From an uncultured Gemmatimonadales bacterium (lineage in GTDB: Bacteria > Gemmatimonadota > Gemmatimonadetes > Gemmatimonadales > GWC2-71-9), in contig CAVOGR010000001.1 in assembly GCA_963695555.1 (NCBI GenBank), forward strand, positions 576,001 to 640,000: a stretch of 64,000 nt of DNA, in the 5' to 3' direction. This document shows positions 62,938 to 64,000 of the stretch, one piece after another (the stretch's first letter is position 1; every line of letters starts with the position of its first letter). Under the pieces are notes generated by a model. It searched no databases. It was given only the letters and a program-made list of their open reading frames with translations, and was not told the origin of the DNA. Both the position numbers and the translations under genes were made by a program.

Positions 62938-64000
62938 ATGCCGAATAGTCGACCGGTCATCACGTTTTCCAAGCGCGAAAGCGGCATGGCGATGCCGCAC
63001 TTGCTGGACATTCAGACTCAGGCGTTCAGCAATCTCTTGATTCCTGAGGCAGAAGCGGACCGGCAGGACGTGTCGCTCGATCGCGTGTTCCGGGAGCTCT
63101 TCCCGATTACGGACGTGAACGGGAAGTACTCCCTGGAGTTCCTGTCCTACGCGCTTGGCGAGCCGAAGTACTCGGTGGAGGAGTGCATCGAGCGGGACAT
63201 GACCTACGCGGCCCCGCTCAAGGCCACGCTCCGTCTCGACGTGTTCGAGGAGGTCGACGGGCAACGCCGCCTCAAGAATACGATCGAGAAGGAAGTCTAT
63301 CTCGGCGAACTGCCGATCATGACGCCGCTCGGCACCTTCGTGATCAACGGGGCCGAGCGGGTGGTGGTGAGTCAGCTGCACCGGTCGCCGGGTGTGGTCT
63401 TCGAGGAGTCCATTCATCCCAATGGGCAGCGGCTCTTCTCGGCACGGATCATCCCGTTCCGCGGCTCGTGGGTCGAATTCACGATCGATATCCATGACGT
63501 GATCTACGTCCATATCGACAAGAAGAAGAAGTTCCCGGCGACGGCACTGCTCCGGGCGTTCGGCCATGGGGAGAATGCCGACATCCTCCGGCTGTTCTTC
63601 GCCACCAAGACCATCGACATCACCGGGAAGTTGGAAGCACGCCACGAGCGCCGAGAGGTGATCGGCGCGCTCTTGGCCGAGCCGATTCCGAATCCGGAGG
63701 AGCCGGACGGCGATCCGCTCGCCGGCGTCGGTGACGAGCTCACGCCCGAACGGCTCGACGCCGTGCGGCACGTAGGCGTGAAGCAGGTGGTCATCTTCGC
63801 GGGCTACGCCACGATCGATCTGCGCAGCATCGAACAGCCCACCACCACGCGAGAGCGGGAACGCCGGATTCTCTCGGCCCCGGTACCCGATCCGACGACG
63901 GGCGAGGTCCTGGCCGACGCCGGGACGGAGCTGTCAGAGTCGCTGCGGAAGACGCTGCTCAAGGCCGGCGTCCACAAGGTCGAAGTACTCCTGCCATCCG
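62938..64000 (+). CDS. rpoB: RNA polymerase beta subunit (runs off the window end)
   Basis: MPHLLDIQ, ELFPITD, TYAAPL, GTFVINGAERVVVSQLHRSPG, IPFRGSWVEF. Confidence 0.97.
   Translation, partial: MPNSRPVITFSKRESGMAMPHLLDIQTQAFSNLLIPEAEADRQDVSLDRVFRELFPITDVNGKYSLEFLSYALGEPKYSVEECIERDMTYAAPLKATLRLDVFEEVDGQRRLKNTIEKEVYLGELPIMTPLGTFVINGAERVVVSQLHRSPGVVFEESIHPNGQRLFSARIIPFRGSWVEFTIDIHDVIYVHIDKKKKFPATALLRAFGHGENADILRLFFATKTIDITGKLEARHERREVIGALLAEPIPNPEEPDGDPLAGVGDELTPERLDAVRHVGVKQVVIFAGYATIDLRSIEQPTTTRERERRILSAPVPDPTTGEVLADAGTELSESLRKTLLKAGVHKVEVLLPS

Overview
GC-rich bacterial chromosomal window, probably Gemmatimonadota-like (inferred from gene content and the atypical EF-Tu switch-I sequence; not verified). 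Contents, left to right. (1) The bulk of glpK, 5'-truncated. (2) A ~13 kb minus-strand multiheme cytochrome (MHC) cluster with 69 CxxCH and 2 CX4CH motifs: a putative porin-cytochrome conduit (lipoprotein MHC, beta-barrel, 16-heme periplasmic MHC), a small tetraheme cytochrome, a CbcL-like MHC-cytochrome b fusion, a NapC/NrfH-anchored ~22-heme protein, a 9-heme membrane-anchored MHC, a cytochrome b lacking PEWY, and a Rieske-fold protein lacking all four Fe-S ligands. (3) A divergently transcribed group 1 [NiFe] uptake hydrogenase operon with hypABFCDE (HypA lacks its Zn finger), followed by variant cytochrome c maturation genes (Cys-type CcmE, CcmF, CcmH, two zinc-ribbon proteins). (4) A TPR/macro/transglutaminase-like/ABC operon, uvrA, an S9 peptidase, a PspA locus and a DUF1611 gene. 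(5) A sulfur-handling island: rhodanese, persulfide dioxygenase-like MBL protein, TusA, DsrE-like protein, SulP, a 4Fe-4S/NrfD fusion, a Tat-less molybdoenzyme and a TorD-like chaperone. (6) cysS, four tRNAs and tuf-rpmG-secE-nusG-rplKAJL-rpoB (rpoB runs off the end). Many frameshifts cluster at ~2-5, 15-20.5 and 57-62.3 kb and also hit essential genes, so they are most likely sequencing or assembly errors. The best candidate for a novel system is an H2-linked extracellular electron transfer island that contains a cofactor-less pseudo-Rieske/cytochrome b module. No CRISPR array or mobile element was seen.
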